Notes under the pieces: model-generated
The model's input: only the letters and a program-made list of their open reading frames with translations
Told to the model about the DNA's origin: nothing
The model's database searches: none
Shown here: positions 39,055 through 49,633 of the stretch, one piece after another
Layout: each line of letters begins with the position of its first letter
How positions within the stretch are numbered: the first letter of the stretch is position 1
Position numbers and translations under genes: made by a program
Assembly: GCA_965214705.1 (NCBI GenBank)
Contig: CBDCCI010000001.1
Coordinates: 32,001 to 96,000, forward strand
Length of the DNA: 64,000 bases
Direction of reading: 5' to 3'
From: Alphaproteobacteria bacterium
GTDB taxonomy: Bacteria > Pseudomonadota > Alphaproteobacteria > UBA828

Positions 39055-39260
39055 TCATCCAGTTGTCGCGCCGTCAGTGTAGAGGAAAATTGCGTCTCCT
39101 AGCGCCAGCGTCAGCAAATCTTCAAGCACATCTTCATTGTAAGGGAGGCCCGGCTTGGCGCCTATGGTCGTGCCACCAGTCATCGGTAGCGGCGTAACCG
39201 AGCCGGGGCGCCTATCCACATACGGCGGTTTGCCTGCACGGCGGCCGGCGGCTGCTCTCC
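39055..39260 (-). pseudogene. Degraded SpoIIE phosphatase fragment
   Basis: GKPPYV...LPMTGGTTIG...LALGDAIFLYTDGAT* parallels the C-terminal half of 36723-37925. Confidence 0.6.
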
Positions 39261-39266
39261 GACACT

Positions 39267-40295
39267 TCAGCGGAACGGCGGCGAATAGAGGGCGCCGCCT
39301 TCCGAATAAAGCGCGCTGAGGCCGCGCGGCAGGCCGAGCGGGCTGCCAGCGCCGAGGTTTTTCTCGAAGATCTCGGCGTAGTTGCCTTCCGCCGCAATCG
39401 CACGCACGGCCCATTGCGAGTCGAGGCCCAGCATCTCACCCAGAGAGCCTTCCGAGCCCAGCATCCGGTTGATCTCCGGGCGATCCGTTCCCTTCGCCAG
39501 CTCCATGACGTTGGTCTGGGTTACGGCAAGCTCCTCGGCGGTGATCAGCGCGTTGAGCACCCAGCGCCCGATGTCCGCCCACTGGTCGTCACCGTGGCGC
39601 ACCAGCGGTCCCAACGGCTCCTTCGAGATGATCTCCGGGTAGATCATGTGCGCGTCCGGGTCGTCGAAGGTCGATTTCGTCGCCGCCAGGCCGGAAACGT
39701 CCGTCGTGTAGACGTCGCAGCGCTCCGCCTTGTACGCCGCACGGGCTTCGGCGTTGGTCTCGAGCGGCACCGGCTCGTAGGTGATCCCGTTGACGCGGAA
39801 AAAGTCAGCGAGGTTGAGCTCGGTGGTCGTGCCGGTCTGGATGCAGATCGAGGCGCCGTCCAGCTCGGTGGCGCTCTCCACGCCGAGCTCCCGGTGGCCG
39901 AGGAAGCCCTGGCCGTCATAGTAGTTGATGCCGACGAAGGTGAAGCCCAGGTCGACATCGCGCGAGAAGGTCCAGGTCGTGTTGCGCGACAGGATGTCGA
40001 CTTCGCCGGAGGCCAATGCCGGGAAGCGCGTCTTGCCGGTCAGAGTGACGAAGGAAACCTTGTCTGGATCGCCCAGCACGGCCGCCGCCAGCGCCCGGCA
40101 ATAGGCCGCCTCGAAGCCGGACCATCTGCCCGTATCGTCGGTATGAGAAAAGCCCGGCAGGCCCGGATTGATGCCGCATCTGAGCGTGCCCGCCGCCCTT
40201 ACGTGATCGAGAGTGCTTGCGTAACCGTCCGCCGCAAGGACGGTGATCGATACACAGAGGGTAGTCAGGATGCCGACGATTGCGTTGAGCTTCAT
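39267..40295 (-). CDS. aapJ: General L-amino-acid ABC substrate-binding protein (AapJ/BztA)
   Basis: RFPALASGEVDILSRNTTWT, YYDGQGF, ISKEPLGP, GNYAEIF, YSPPFR; no permease nearby. Confidence 0.88.
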   Translation of the reverse strand: MKLNAIVGILTTLCVSITVLAADGYASTLDHVRAAGTLRCGINPGLPGFSHTDDTGRWSGFEAAYCRALAAAVLGDPDKVSFVTLTGKTRFPALASGEVDILSRNTTWTFSRDVDLGFTFVGINYYDGQGFLGHRELGVESATELDGASICIQTGTTTELNLADFFRVNGITYEPVPLETNAEARAAYKAERCDVYTTDVSGLAATKSTFDDPDAHMIYPEIISKEPLGPLVRHGDDQWADIGRWVLNALITAEELAVTQTNVMELAKGTDRPEINRMLGSEGSLGEMLGLDSQWAVRAIAAEGNYAEIFEKNLGAGSPLGLPRGLSALYSEGGALYSPPFR

Positions 40296-40612
40296 TTGCT
40301 CGTCCCTGTATCGACGATGAACAGAAGCCGATAGGAGCGACCTTGCCAGGGAAGATCGGCAGCGCTGAATTGCCGCAAAAGCGGTCGTAACCGATCTTCG
40401 TGGGATGATCCGAATCGCCGAGTAACGCAAGCCTATGCTGGATGTTTTCTCCTCTCAGAGCGACCACAAATTTCTGCACCGCGCCGCCTTCCGAGCGGGA
40501 CGCGAGGCATTATCGTCGCATGGCCGCAGTTATGGAGTGGGCCCTGGGCCCCTGGGATCGGACAATGACGTCAGCGCGGTGATCGCGGCGTGGGAACGGC
40601 TGCCCCGGCGCG

Positions 40613-41035
40613 TCAAGGATTCCTGCGCTTGATCAGGACCACCCTGTTCCTGCCGTCCTCGCGCCGATAGTGCGCTTCGTCCACCAGCCTCCGCACGAGA
40701 TGGATGCCGAGGCCACCTATGGGGCGGTCCGCGACCGAGGAGTCGAGATCGGGCGGCGGTGCGTCGGAGAACGGATCGAAGGGCTTGCCGTCGTCGACAA
40801 TTTCCATAGTGAGGGATTGGCCTTCGGAGGTGAGTGTAATGCGGATGTCCTTCTCCCCTGCTTCGTCGTATCCGTACTGCACGATGTTGGTGCCGATCTC
40901 CTCCAGCGCGAGCCTGATCTGAAACATGAAATCGGGCTCCCAGCCATCGGCCACCGCCAGGATGTCGACTGCCGTGTGAATGCGCTCGAATTCGTCCAGC
41001 GGCGCTTCCAAATTGAGTGTAAAGGTCGCGCTCAT
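40613..41035 (-). CDS. Anti-sigma Ser/Thr kinase (RsbW-like HATPase)
   Basis: LALEEIGTNIVQYG, DDGKPFDP, GGLGIHLV. Confidence 0.9.
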   Translation of the reverse strand: MSATFTLNLEAPLDEFERIHTAVDILAVADGWEPDFMFQIRLALEEIGTNIVQYGYDEAGEKDIRITLTSEGQSLTMEIVDDGKPFDPFSDAPPPDLDSSVADRPIGGLGIHLVRRLVDEAHYRREDGRNRVVLIKRRNP

Positions 41036-41109
41036 TTTCCTGTTCTCGCTCGATTGGTCGTCTGCCGGTTCCCTCCGGACAGCCTCGCCGGCCTCGCTGG
41101 ACCGGGCGC

Positions 41110-42000
41110 CTACTGCCGCGTCGCGCCGAAGGCGCCGACGATGTCGGATTGTTCGAATATGCCCGCCGCCTCGGCGTGTCCGGTGCCGTAGAAGCCGCCC
41201 TGGATGCGCGTTCCGGACTCGCCGGTCGCGAAGGTCCCGTCCGGACCGACCGCGAGGTTGGAGAAGATCACCGTCTCAACGTCGTGCGCCGTCCCGCGGT
41301 CGATGTTCTTGATACCGCTGAATGCCGCATCGAGGCCGCCGACGGCCATGTCGTAGTTCAGCGCCGCCGTCCCCACGAGCCGCTCGCCGTGCGCGTCCCC
41401 GTCGACGGGCGTTCCCACCATGATGCCGAGCCAGGTTGCGCTCCCGGCCGGAGGGGTTCCCGTGAGCTCGCCCAAGGTGATCCCGTACCAGACATCCACC
41501 GTGCCCTCTTCGCTCGTCTGGCGCTCGTTCAGGATCGCGAACGAACCGTGCTCCAGCCATGCGCCGAGACTGGCAAGGTCCGCTCCCGTATGCGTCGAGG
41601 ACTCCGACAACAGGGTGATGCCGTGCTTCGAGCCGATGGCGGTGGCGGCGCCCTGCCTGAGAGGCGTATTAGCAAGCTCGATGGTATCGACGGCGCCGCT
41701 CAGGGGCTCGGTCACGGTGCACTGCGTTCCGCTGCACCGCGTCAGGAGACGGAAGGTCGGAATCTCCGCGTTGCCGGTCTCCCCGTGCATCGTGGACAGG
41801 ATCAGGGAATCGGCGCGGGCGAAGACGTCCAGGCTGCGTTCCTGCTGCGCCTCCGCCGTCTCGATCGGCGCCGACAGGCCGGTCAGCTCCCGGATCTCGG
41901 CGGTGGTGAGCGCCCGTTCGGGCGCGGAATCGCCGCCGCCGCAAGCCGCGAGCGAGAGGACGGCGGCCATCGCCAGACCGCAGGCAGAAAATGATCTCAT
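41110..42000 (-). CDS. Lipoprotein with C-terminal TbpB-like barrel
   Basis: Lipobox LAAC; GSATWLG...GGFYG...EAAGIF...GAFGA. Confidence 0.75.
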   Translation of the reverse strand: MRSFSACGLAMAAVLSLAACGGGDSAPERALTTAEIRELTGLSAPIETAEAQQERSLDVFARADSLILSTMHGETGNAEIPTFRLLTRCSGTQCTVTEPLSGAVDTIELANTPLRQGAATAIGSKHGITLLSESSTHTGADLASLGAWLEHGSFAILNERQTSEEGTVDVWYGITLGELTGTPPAGSATWLGIMVGTPVDGDAHGERLVGTAALNYDMAVGGLDAAFSGIKNIDRGTAHDVETVIFSNLAVGPDGTFATGESGTRIQGGFYGTGHAEAAGIFEQSDIVGAFGATRQ

Positions 42001-42039
42001 GTCGATCTCCTCCTGTTGCCGCCGACGGGCGGGCAGTAG

Positions 42040-42891
42040 TCAGTCGGCAGCGCGCCTGCCGCCGAACGCCCCGGCGATGCCGTCGCGTTCGAAAATGCCG
42101 CCAACCTCCTCCTCGTTGGGGCCATAGAACCGACCCGAGATGGTATCGTCGAGGGCGTTGCGCTGGGCGAAGCCGCCCTCCTCGACCGCCATGCCGCGCC
42201 AGGTCATGTCGTCCCGCCGTTCGCCGGTCTCGGTATTGGCGATATCGGTGAATTCGACATCGGCCGTCACGGCGCCCGTTCCGAACTCCACCGTCACGTC
42301 GGCATCGCCCCGGATCACCTGGCCGCGGCTGGGCGAGGCGCTCATGTCGCGGCCGAGCATCAGGCCTTCCCAGCGGGCCGAGCCCTCGGCAGCGCGGGGA
42401 TTCTCCCCCGTCGAAAAGCCGAACGAATAGCTCAATGCCACCGTCGCGCCCTGGTCTGGGAAGCGGTCGCTCTTGAGAAAGGCGGATTCCGTGGCGAACA
42501 GGCTGTGGTCGAGCCAGCCGCCGTACACATGGGCGTCCACGTTATCGGTCGATGCTTCCTCCACGACCAGGCTTGCGCCGCGGCGCTCACCGAGCAAGTT
42601 CAGCTCTGCGATACCAACGGTTGCTTCGCTCGACCGGAAGAACCGCGTGAACGCGGCCGCACAGGTATCGTCCAGGCACCTGACGCCCACCCGCTCCACC
42701 GTGTCGTCGGTTCCGAGATAGCCGAGATGATCGCCCATCAGGAACGTATTGGCGCCGCTCGCGATCCTTGCATAGGAGGCCCGCGCCAATTCATCTGCCG
42801 TCGGCGGCGGTGACTCGGAGGAGCCGGTACAGGCCGCCAGTGCCAGCGTGACCGCAGACGCCGCCAACGCGATCGAGAACCCTCTTCTCAT
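42040..42891 (-). CDS. Lipoprotein with C-terminal TbpB-like barrel
   Basis: LAAC; GSARWEG...GRFYGPNEEEVGGIF...GAFGG. Confidence 0.75.
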   Translation of the reverse strand: MRRGFSIALAASAVTLALAACTGSSESPPPTADELARASYARIASGANTFLMGDHLGYLGTDDTVERVGVRCLDDTCAAAFTRFFRSSEATVGIAELNLLGERRGASLVVEEASTDNVDAHVYGGWLDHSLFATESAFLKSDRFPDQGATVALSYSFGFSTGENPRAAEGSARWEGLMLGRDMSASPSRGQVIRGDADVTVEFGTGAVTADVEFTDIANTETGERRDDMTWRGMAVEEGGFAQRNALDDTISGRFYGPNEEEVGGIFERDGIAGAFGGRRAAD

Positions 42892-42947
42892 TGGACCCTC
42901 TCCGGGATATTCCGGCGCCGGCGGGGACGGAAACGGGATGCAACGGG

Positions 42948-43787
42948 TCATGGCGCGGACGTCCGCCGCCCGCCGAACGCGCCCGCGATGCCGTCGCGCT
43001 CGAACACGCCCCCGACCTCCTCCTCACCGGGTCCGTAAAACCGACCCGAGACGGTGTCGTCGGGGGCGTTCCGCCGGGCGAAGCCGCCATCTTCCACAAC
43101 CATGCCGCGCCAAGCCATGTCGTTCTGCGCAGCGCCGGTCTCGATGTTGACGATGTCGGTGAACGCGACATCCGCCGTGATCGCGGCCGCTCCGAATTCG
43201 ACCGTCACGTCGGCGTCTCCCCGGATCACCTGGCCGCGGCTGGCGGATGCGCGCAGGTCGCGGCCGAGCATCAGGCCTTCCCAGCGGGCCGAGCCCTCGG
43301 CGCTGGGGTTCTCCCCGGTCGAAATGCCGAGCGAGTAGCTGGAGATGACCGACGCCCCCTGGCTGGGGCCGGCTTCGTCGGTGAACCGGGCTAGCCGGGT
43401 GCCGAAGAGGCTGTGCTCGAGCCACCCGCCATAGGCCTCGTAGCCGCGGTCGGTCCCCGATCTTTCCTGGCGAACCAGGGACACGCCGCGGCGCGGGCGA
43501 AGCAGCGTCAACTCCGAGTCCTCGACGCCGAAGTTGCTCGCCCCGCTCAGAGATATGAATCCGGCCGCGCAGGTGTCGCCCCGACAGGTTGTCTTGGTCC
43601 GTTCCACCGCGTCGTCCGTTGCGAAATAGCCGAGCCGATCGCCCATGAGCAGCGTGTTCGCGTCGCTCACGATCGCGCCGTGCGTCTCCCGCGCCTGCTC
43701 TTCTGCCGTCGGAGGATCGAGCGTGCGGGTACAGGCCGCGAGTGCTACCGCGCCCGCCAGCACCGCGATCGTGAGTCCTGTCCTCAT
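42948..43787 (-). CDS. Lipoprotein with C-terminal TbpB-like barrel (close paralog of 42040-42891)
   Basis: LAAC; near-identical C-terminal half. Confidence 0.75.
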   Translation of the reverse strand: MRTGLTIAVLAGAVALAACTRTLDPPTAEEQARETHGAIVSDANTLLMGDRLGYFATDDAVERTKTTCRGDTCAAGFISLSGASNFGVEDSELTLLRPRRGVSLVRQERSGTDRGYEAYGGWLEHSLFGTRLARFTDEAGPSQGASVISSYSLGISTGENPSAEGSARWEGLMLGRDLRASASRGQVIRGDADVTVEFGAAAITADVAFTDIVNIETGAAQNDMAWRGMVVEDGGFARRNAPDDTVSGRFYGPGEEEVGGVFERDGIAGAFGGRRTSAP

Positions 43788-44669
43788 CGCGTCTTCTCCC
43801 CTTCACCGGAGCCAGGACGGGCGGCCTCCTGGCCACCGTGCCGTGCACGCGTTCCATGTATGACGAGAAGGCTTCGGACCGCGTGCGACCCGGTCCTGGG
43901 CACGAGCAGTTTGACCGGGGTTTCGTCCCCGAACGGGGGGTGCCCTTCCGGCGCGCAGTGCGCGACGGCACCCAGCCCGGATCTCCAGCAATGCCGTCAC
44001 ATTGCCGACCCAACGGGCCAGGGTCGAGGGATCGAAATCGTCCCCCTCTCGCGCGAAAGTCGGGGAATGGCGATGGACCGGGTGCCGAGCCTCGGGAGCA
44101 CTTCGCGCATGTCATTTGCGCCTGCTGGTCGCCGGAGGTCTTCGCCCCGTTGTTGGCCGCGTCCTACAACCGACCGCTGTCCGGCTTGGTGTGGCGCACC
44201 GTGACCATGTCGGTGCCCGTCACCGCCAAGGCCAAGGTCGTCTGGAAACACAAGACTCATTATGAGATTCTTACGGCAATAGAAATAAATTGTGTGTATT
44301 TACATTGACTGTAATAGTGCCTTTTCCATAAATATTGTGGCAAACTCGTTACATCGCCGTTGGGCCGACAGCACCGCCGCCGGGGACGATCAAAGCCTGA
44401 CGCGGCCACCCGAACGCCGTCGCCCTTGGACGTCCATCCGCCGCGCAGATTGGACTCCAGATCGCAATTCCTGAGCCCACGCCGCGGACTCCGCAGCGAG
44501 GCGACGAAGCCAATGCGCTGTTTACAAAAAGAGCACCATTATCGTGAGTATTGGCACGTAAAATCATTCTCCATTGAGTAGAGTTCTACCATCTTAACGA
44601 CTCGCCCGAGTGGACAGCGAGGAGGTCGCGCTGGCAGCACAACGTGAACCTGGCAGGAGAGATGGAGCC

Positions 44670-45437
44670 GTGAAGCTACCTTTTTCAGTCGGACCGCTGC
44701 GTTGGGTTGCGGCCGTCATTGGCCTCGCTTTGATGGCAGCGAGCGCGGATGCCGCAGCGAACAACCTTCGCATCGCAACCACAGGCGACTATCCGCCGTT
44801 CAGCTACGTCGACGATGCGGGCAAGCTCGGCGGCTTCGACGTCGATATCGCACTGGCACTCTGCGAGCGAATGGGCGTCGAGTGCGAGCTCCGGCACCAC
44901 GAGTGGGAGACGTTGATTCCGGAGCTGCGCGCCGGGACCTTCGACGTGATCGCCGCCAGCATGTCGATCACCGAGCCGCGCCGGGAGTTGGTCGCCTTCA
45001 CCGACCGCTACTACAGCAACGTCGCCCGTTTCGTCGCGAACAAGGATTCCGACTTCCACCCCGACCGGCCGGCCGGAACGACGATCGGTGTCGCGCAAGC
45101 CACAGTTTCGTCAGACTGGCTCGAGGACAATCTGGCTGACGTGGCGACCATCAAGCTGTACCGCAGCCAGTCGGAACTGCTGGGCGACCTCGCCGGCGCC
45201 CGCCTGGACGCGGTTCTCGGTGATGGCCTCGGCCTGTACTCCTGGCTCCAGAGCGCAGACGGCGCCGCCTTCCGCTACGTCGGGCACGGCCTCAGGCTCG
45301 ACGAGGGCATCGGCCTCGCCGTGCGCCACGAAGACGACGCCTTGCGCCGGGACCTGAACCGCGCACTCGCGGAAATCCTCGCCGACGGCACCTACTTGGC
45401 AATCAACGGCCGCTACTTCCCGTTCAGCATTTACTGA
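44670..45437 (+). CDS. Polar amino-acid substrate-binding protein (SBP_bac_3)
   Basis: DYPPF, GFDVD, SMSITEPR; no permease nearby. Confidence 0.88.
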   Translation: MKLPFSVGPLRWVAAVIGLALMAASADAAANNLRIATTGDYPPFSYVDDAGKLGGFDVDIALALCERMGVECELRHHEWETLIPELRAGTFDVIAASMSITEPRRELVAFTDRYYSNVARFVANKDSDFHPDRPAGTTIGVAQATVSSDWLEDNLADVATIKLYRSQSELLGDLAGARLDAVLGDGLGLYSWLQSADGAAFRYVGHGLRLDEGIGLAVRHEDDALRRDLNRALAEILADGTYLAINGRYFPFSIY

Positions 45438-45612
45438 GGCCGAAAGGAACAACATAACGCCTGCTATTGACAACGAAGTGGCCTGGAAACGTCTTTAGGA
45501 CCATGCAGGCTAGGAGTTTCGCACCGTCACCGGCCTAGCGTTCACCTCCGAGACCAACCGTGCGGTGCTCTACCCGAGCCGGACGCGCGGCACCCACGCT
45601 TGCCATCTATTC

Positions 45613-46434
45613 TCAATCTGTCGAGCCTCCGATGCGTTCGGTCAGATCGGCAGCAGCCTTGCAGACCGCGGTGCTGAAGAGGGAGATAACCTGCTCGGTG
45701 AAGCGGGCCGTCGGGCCTGAGACCGAAATCCCTGCCACCGTGCCGCCGTAGGCATTGAACACGGGCGCCGCGATGCAGCGCATGCCCGCATATCGTTCCT
45801 CGTCATCATAGGCCCAGCCGCGGGTTCGAGTGGTTTCGAGCTCGGCGAAGAGGAGATGCGGATTGGTAAGGGTCTTGGGCGTGAACTCGGGCAATCCCTT
45901 CCTCCGAAGCAGTCTCTCGATGTCCTCCTGCGCAAGCTGTGCGAGCAGCGCCTTTCCGGCGCCGCAGGCATGCATCGGGCTGCGGGCGCCATGGCGGAAG
46001 AAGGCCCGGATCGGATTGTGGGTCTCGACCTGGCTGACGAAGACCATGTCTCCGTCTTCGGCGATGGCAAGGTTGGCGGTCTCACCGGTCTCGCTCATCA
46101 GGCGCTGCAAGATGTCCCGGCTCGCTTCCACCAGATCGATCCGATTCAGGAATTCAGAGCCGACGCGGAACGCCTCGACCCCGATCATCCATTCCTGCGC
46201 GTCCTCGTCGAACGCGGCGAACCGATGTCTCTGAAGCGTCGTCAACAATCGATGGGCGGTCGATGGCGGCATCCCGGCCTGCATGGCGATGTTAGAGAGC
46301 GTGATCCTGTGTTCCCGCGCGAGAAGGCGGAGAAGTTGCAGTCCACGGTCGAGGGCACGCACCGTGCCTGCGTCGGCGTCGGCTACGGGCTTGCGCGGGC
46401 GGCCACGCGAGCGTTTCGGAGAGGCCCTGTCCAT
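45613..46434 (-). CDS. IclR-family regulator (BhcR-like)
   Basis: RGRPRK N-terminus, VRALDRGL HTH, GETANL, GAGKALLA, DDEE...GMRCIAAP. Confidence 0.88.
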   Translation of the reverse strand: MDRASPKRSRGRPRKPVADADAGTVRALDRGLQLLRLLAREHRITLSNIAMQAGMPPSTAHRLLTTLQRHRFAAFDEDAQEWMIGVEAFRVGSEFLNRIDLVEASRDILQRLMSETGETANLAIAEDGDMVFVSQVETHNPIRAFFRHGARSPMHACGAGKALLAQLAQEDIERLLRRKGLPEFTPKTLTNPHLLFAELETTRTRGWAYDDEERYAGMRCIAAPVFNAYGGTVAGISVSGPTARFTEQVISLFSTAVCKAAADLTERIGGSTD

Positions 46435-46479
46435 GGAAGGCGCATCCTCTTTCCGAATCAAGCGGAGGTGCACAAGTGT

Positions 46480-46610
46480 AGCAAAATAAAATTTTCCAGT
46501 AAATTTTCATTTGTAAGATATGAAAAATTATAACTATCGGAAGTAACGCGATATTCTTAATTTCGAAAAATAATGGAAAATAGTTCCGACAAAATGGACA
46601 AACGTTAGAG
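46480..46610. promoter_or_regulatory. AT-rich divergent promoter/operator region
   Basis: Sharp AT enrichment with TTTTCA...TGAAAA and TTCC...TGGA inverted motifs upstream of the IclR gene. Confidence 0.5.
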
Positions 46611-46937
46611 GACGGTCTAATCTCCCACCCGCGACGATGTGGGGGACGTGCAATGACCGGTCAGAACGTACAACGACGTCATGTCGTCGCGGCGGAAACC
46701 GCGGGCATCGATGCTGACCGAAGTGAGCGTTCCTGTCCGCAGAGTGTGCGGTGAGTGGCGCGGACGCCGGACGTCGCTGCGTCCGCTGCGGTACGGGGCT
46801 TCTTTGACCACACACCACCAGCTACCTCGGCCGGATACGTAGGAAGTCTGGCCGACTGCCCCGATCCCCTTCCATGGCCGCCGCCATTCCCTCCAATGCG
46901 CAGGCTGGCGGCGGCACACCCAACAACGGAGATTGTC

Positions 46938-47945
46938 ATGCTCGAGAAGCCACAAACATCCACACGGGATATCCCCCATCTTCCGTCACTCCGGCATTTG
47001 CTCACGGTCGCGGCCGTGCTGCTGGTGATCGGCCTTGCGGCCTGTTCATCGACCTCCGAATCCGGTCGAGAGGGCAGCGGCGGCGAGGGCCTGGGCCACG
47101 GTGAAGGCGGAGAAGGAGGTGAGGGTGGCGAAGGCGGAGAGATGGGCGAGGGCGGCGGAGAGGAATCCGCCACGCAGTACGGCCCAGGAGACACCTTCTA
47201 CATGACCCGGGCGGGTGCCCGCCTCATCCTGAGCTATGATGCCGCCAGCCAGGCCTTCACCGGCACCGTAACCAACGTTACCGGCGCCACACTGAGCAGC
47301 GTGCGGGTCGAGGTGCATCTGTCCAACGGCGTGGAGCTTGGGCCGACGACGCCGATGGATCTCGCGCCCGGTCAGACGATCCCCGTCAGCCTCCCGGCGC
47401 CTGGTCAGAGCTTCGCCACCTGGGGTGCACACCCGGAGGTGGGAAGCGGCGGCGAGAGTACGAGCATGGCGGCGTTCACCCCCTCGCTTGGAGCTTGGGC
47501 TGTCGTCGATGGCGTCCCTCTCGGCATCGAGCACCCGGAACATCAAATGAGCGCGTGGTACACGTCGTCGGGCGGCACCTGGACGCCGCACCTTTCCCTC
47601 GATCCCGCCCCGGAACACCAGCCGACCGGAGCTGCGACATGGACGGGCGAATGGGCCGGCTACTACGGGTCCAGCTCGGCCATCAGTACGGGCGCTGCGA
47701 ACGTCACCGTGACACTTGGCACGGGCGCCCCGGAGGCGGACCTATCCCTCCAGAGCGTCCCGACCCTCGGCACGCTGCAGTGGGACAACATGCAGGTCAC
47801 CGGCGGGCGGTTCATGGGCAGTACCACGGCCAATTCCCAGACGTACGACGCCGTGGGGCAGTTCGGGGGCGCCAATCAGGCCGGGGTCGTTGGTCACGCC
47901 GCGGGCTCTGATTTCCGCTCCGTGTTTTACGGAGAGAAGCCCTGA
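46938..47945 (+). CDS. Lipoprotein: Gly/Glu repeat + FxLYD-like Ig domain + TbpB-like barrel
   Basis: LAAC; (GEG)n; FTGTVTN...VRVEVHL...LAPGQ; TGAATWTG...GQFGG...VFYG. Confidence 0.65.
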   Translation: MLEKPQTSTRDIPHLPSLRHLLTVAAVLLVIGLAACSSTSESGREGSGGEGLGHGEGGEGGEGGEGGEMGEGGGEESATQYGPGDTFYMTRAGARLILSYDAASQAFTGTVTNVTGATLSSVRVEVHLSNGVELGPTTPMDLAPGQTIPVSLPAPGQSFATWGAHPEVGSGGESTSMAAFTPSLGAWAVVDGVPLGIEHPEHQMSAWYTSSGGTWTPHLSLDPAPEHQPTGAATWTGEWAGYYGSSSAISTGAANVTVTLGTGAPEADLSLQSVPTLGTLQWDNMQVTGGRFMGSTTANSQTYDAVGQFGGANQAGVVGHAAGSDFRSVFYGEKP

Positions 47946-48079
47946 GACCTGGCGGAGCATGCCCGCGGCGGTTTCCTCTCGGATCGCCGCGGGCGGACGG
48001 TGCGGAGAGCGCCACGACCGATGCGTCCTTCCCGACGGGAAAGGCGAACCGGTTGCCAGGATGCCGCGAATCGGTCTAG

Positions 48080-49198
<1,119 letters not shown>

Positions 49199-49379
49199 AG
49201 TTTGGACGCTACCTGCGCTGCCCCTCCCACGGCAGCCGCTGCAGCGTCACTCGGTTGTCCCCCGGCAGCCATTGTGGCGGTGTCGGGCTTCCGATCTGAA
49301 AGGCTGGCTGCCGATCCCCCGCAGGCTTTTCGTCGCATGGTTCCTTGCGGCGGCCGACTCCCGTGCCCGCGCGCCGCCA

Positions 49380-49505
49380 AGGGGCAGAAGCCGACCGCGA
49401 GGTGCGGCGGGCGATCGCCCTTGCGATGCGCCCGTCGCCGTCTTGGAAGGGGCGGATCGAGACGAGCCAAAAATGAGCCATGCCCGCGGCGAGAACGGGG
49501 TCCAT
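49380..49505 (-). pseudogene. Fic-domain remnant
   Basis: DPVLAAGMAHFWLVSIRPFQDGDGRIARAIA is a degenerate HPFxDGNGR motif. Confidence 0.7.
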
Positions 49506-49633
49506 CGAGTGCGATCCTTCGAGCCATCCGAAGAACGCGGACAGGATCGCGCAACGATGGTGTGCTCGGCCTGCGTCGAGTCGGCCCTGGGTTAGTATGG
49601 GCGCGGGGTCGTCATCTGGTGGGGGAATGGACG

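Noticed and set aside
43790-44300. Possible fourth lipoprotein remnant or small ORFs
   Set aside because: No recognisable motif in the frames I checked
44531-44570. Sigma54 promoter / NtrC site (TTGGCACG; GCACCATTAT)
   Set aside because: No -12 TTGC at the required spacing, and only half an NtrC palindrome
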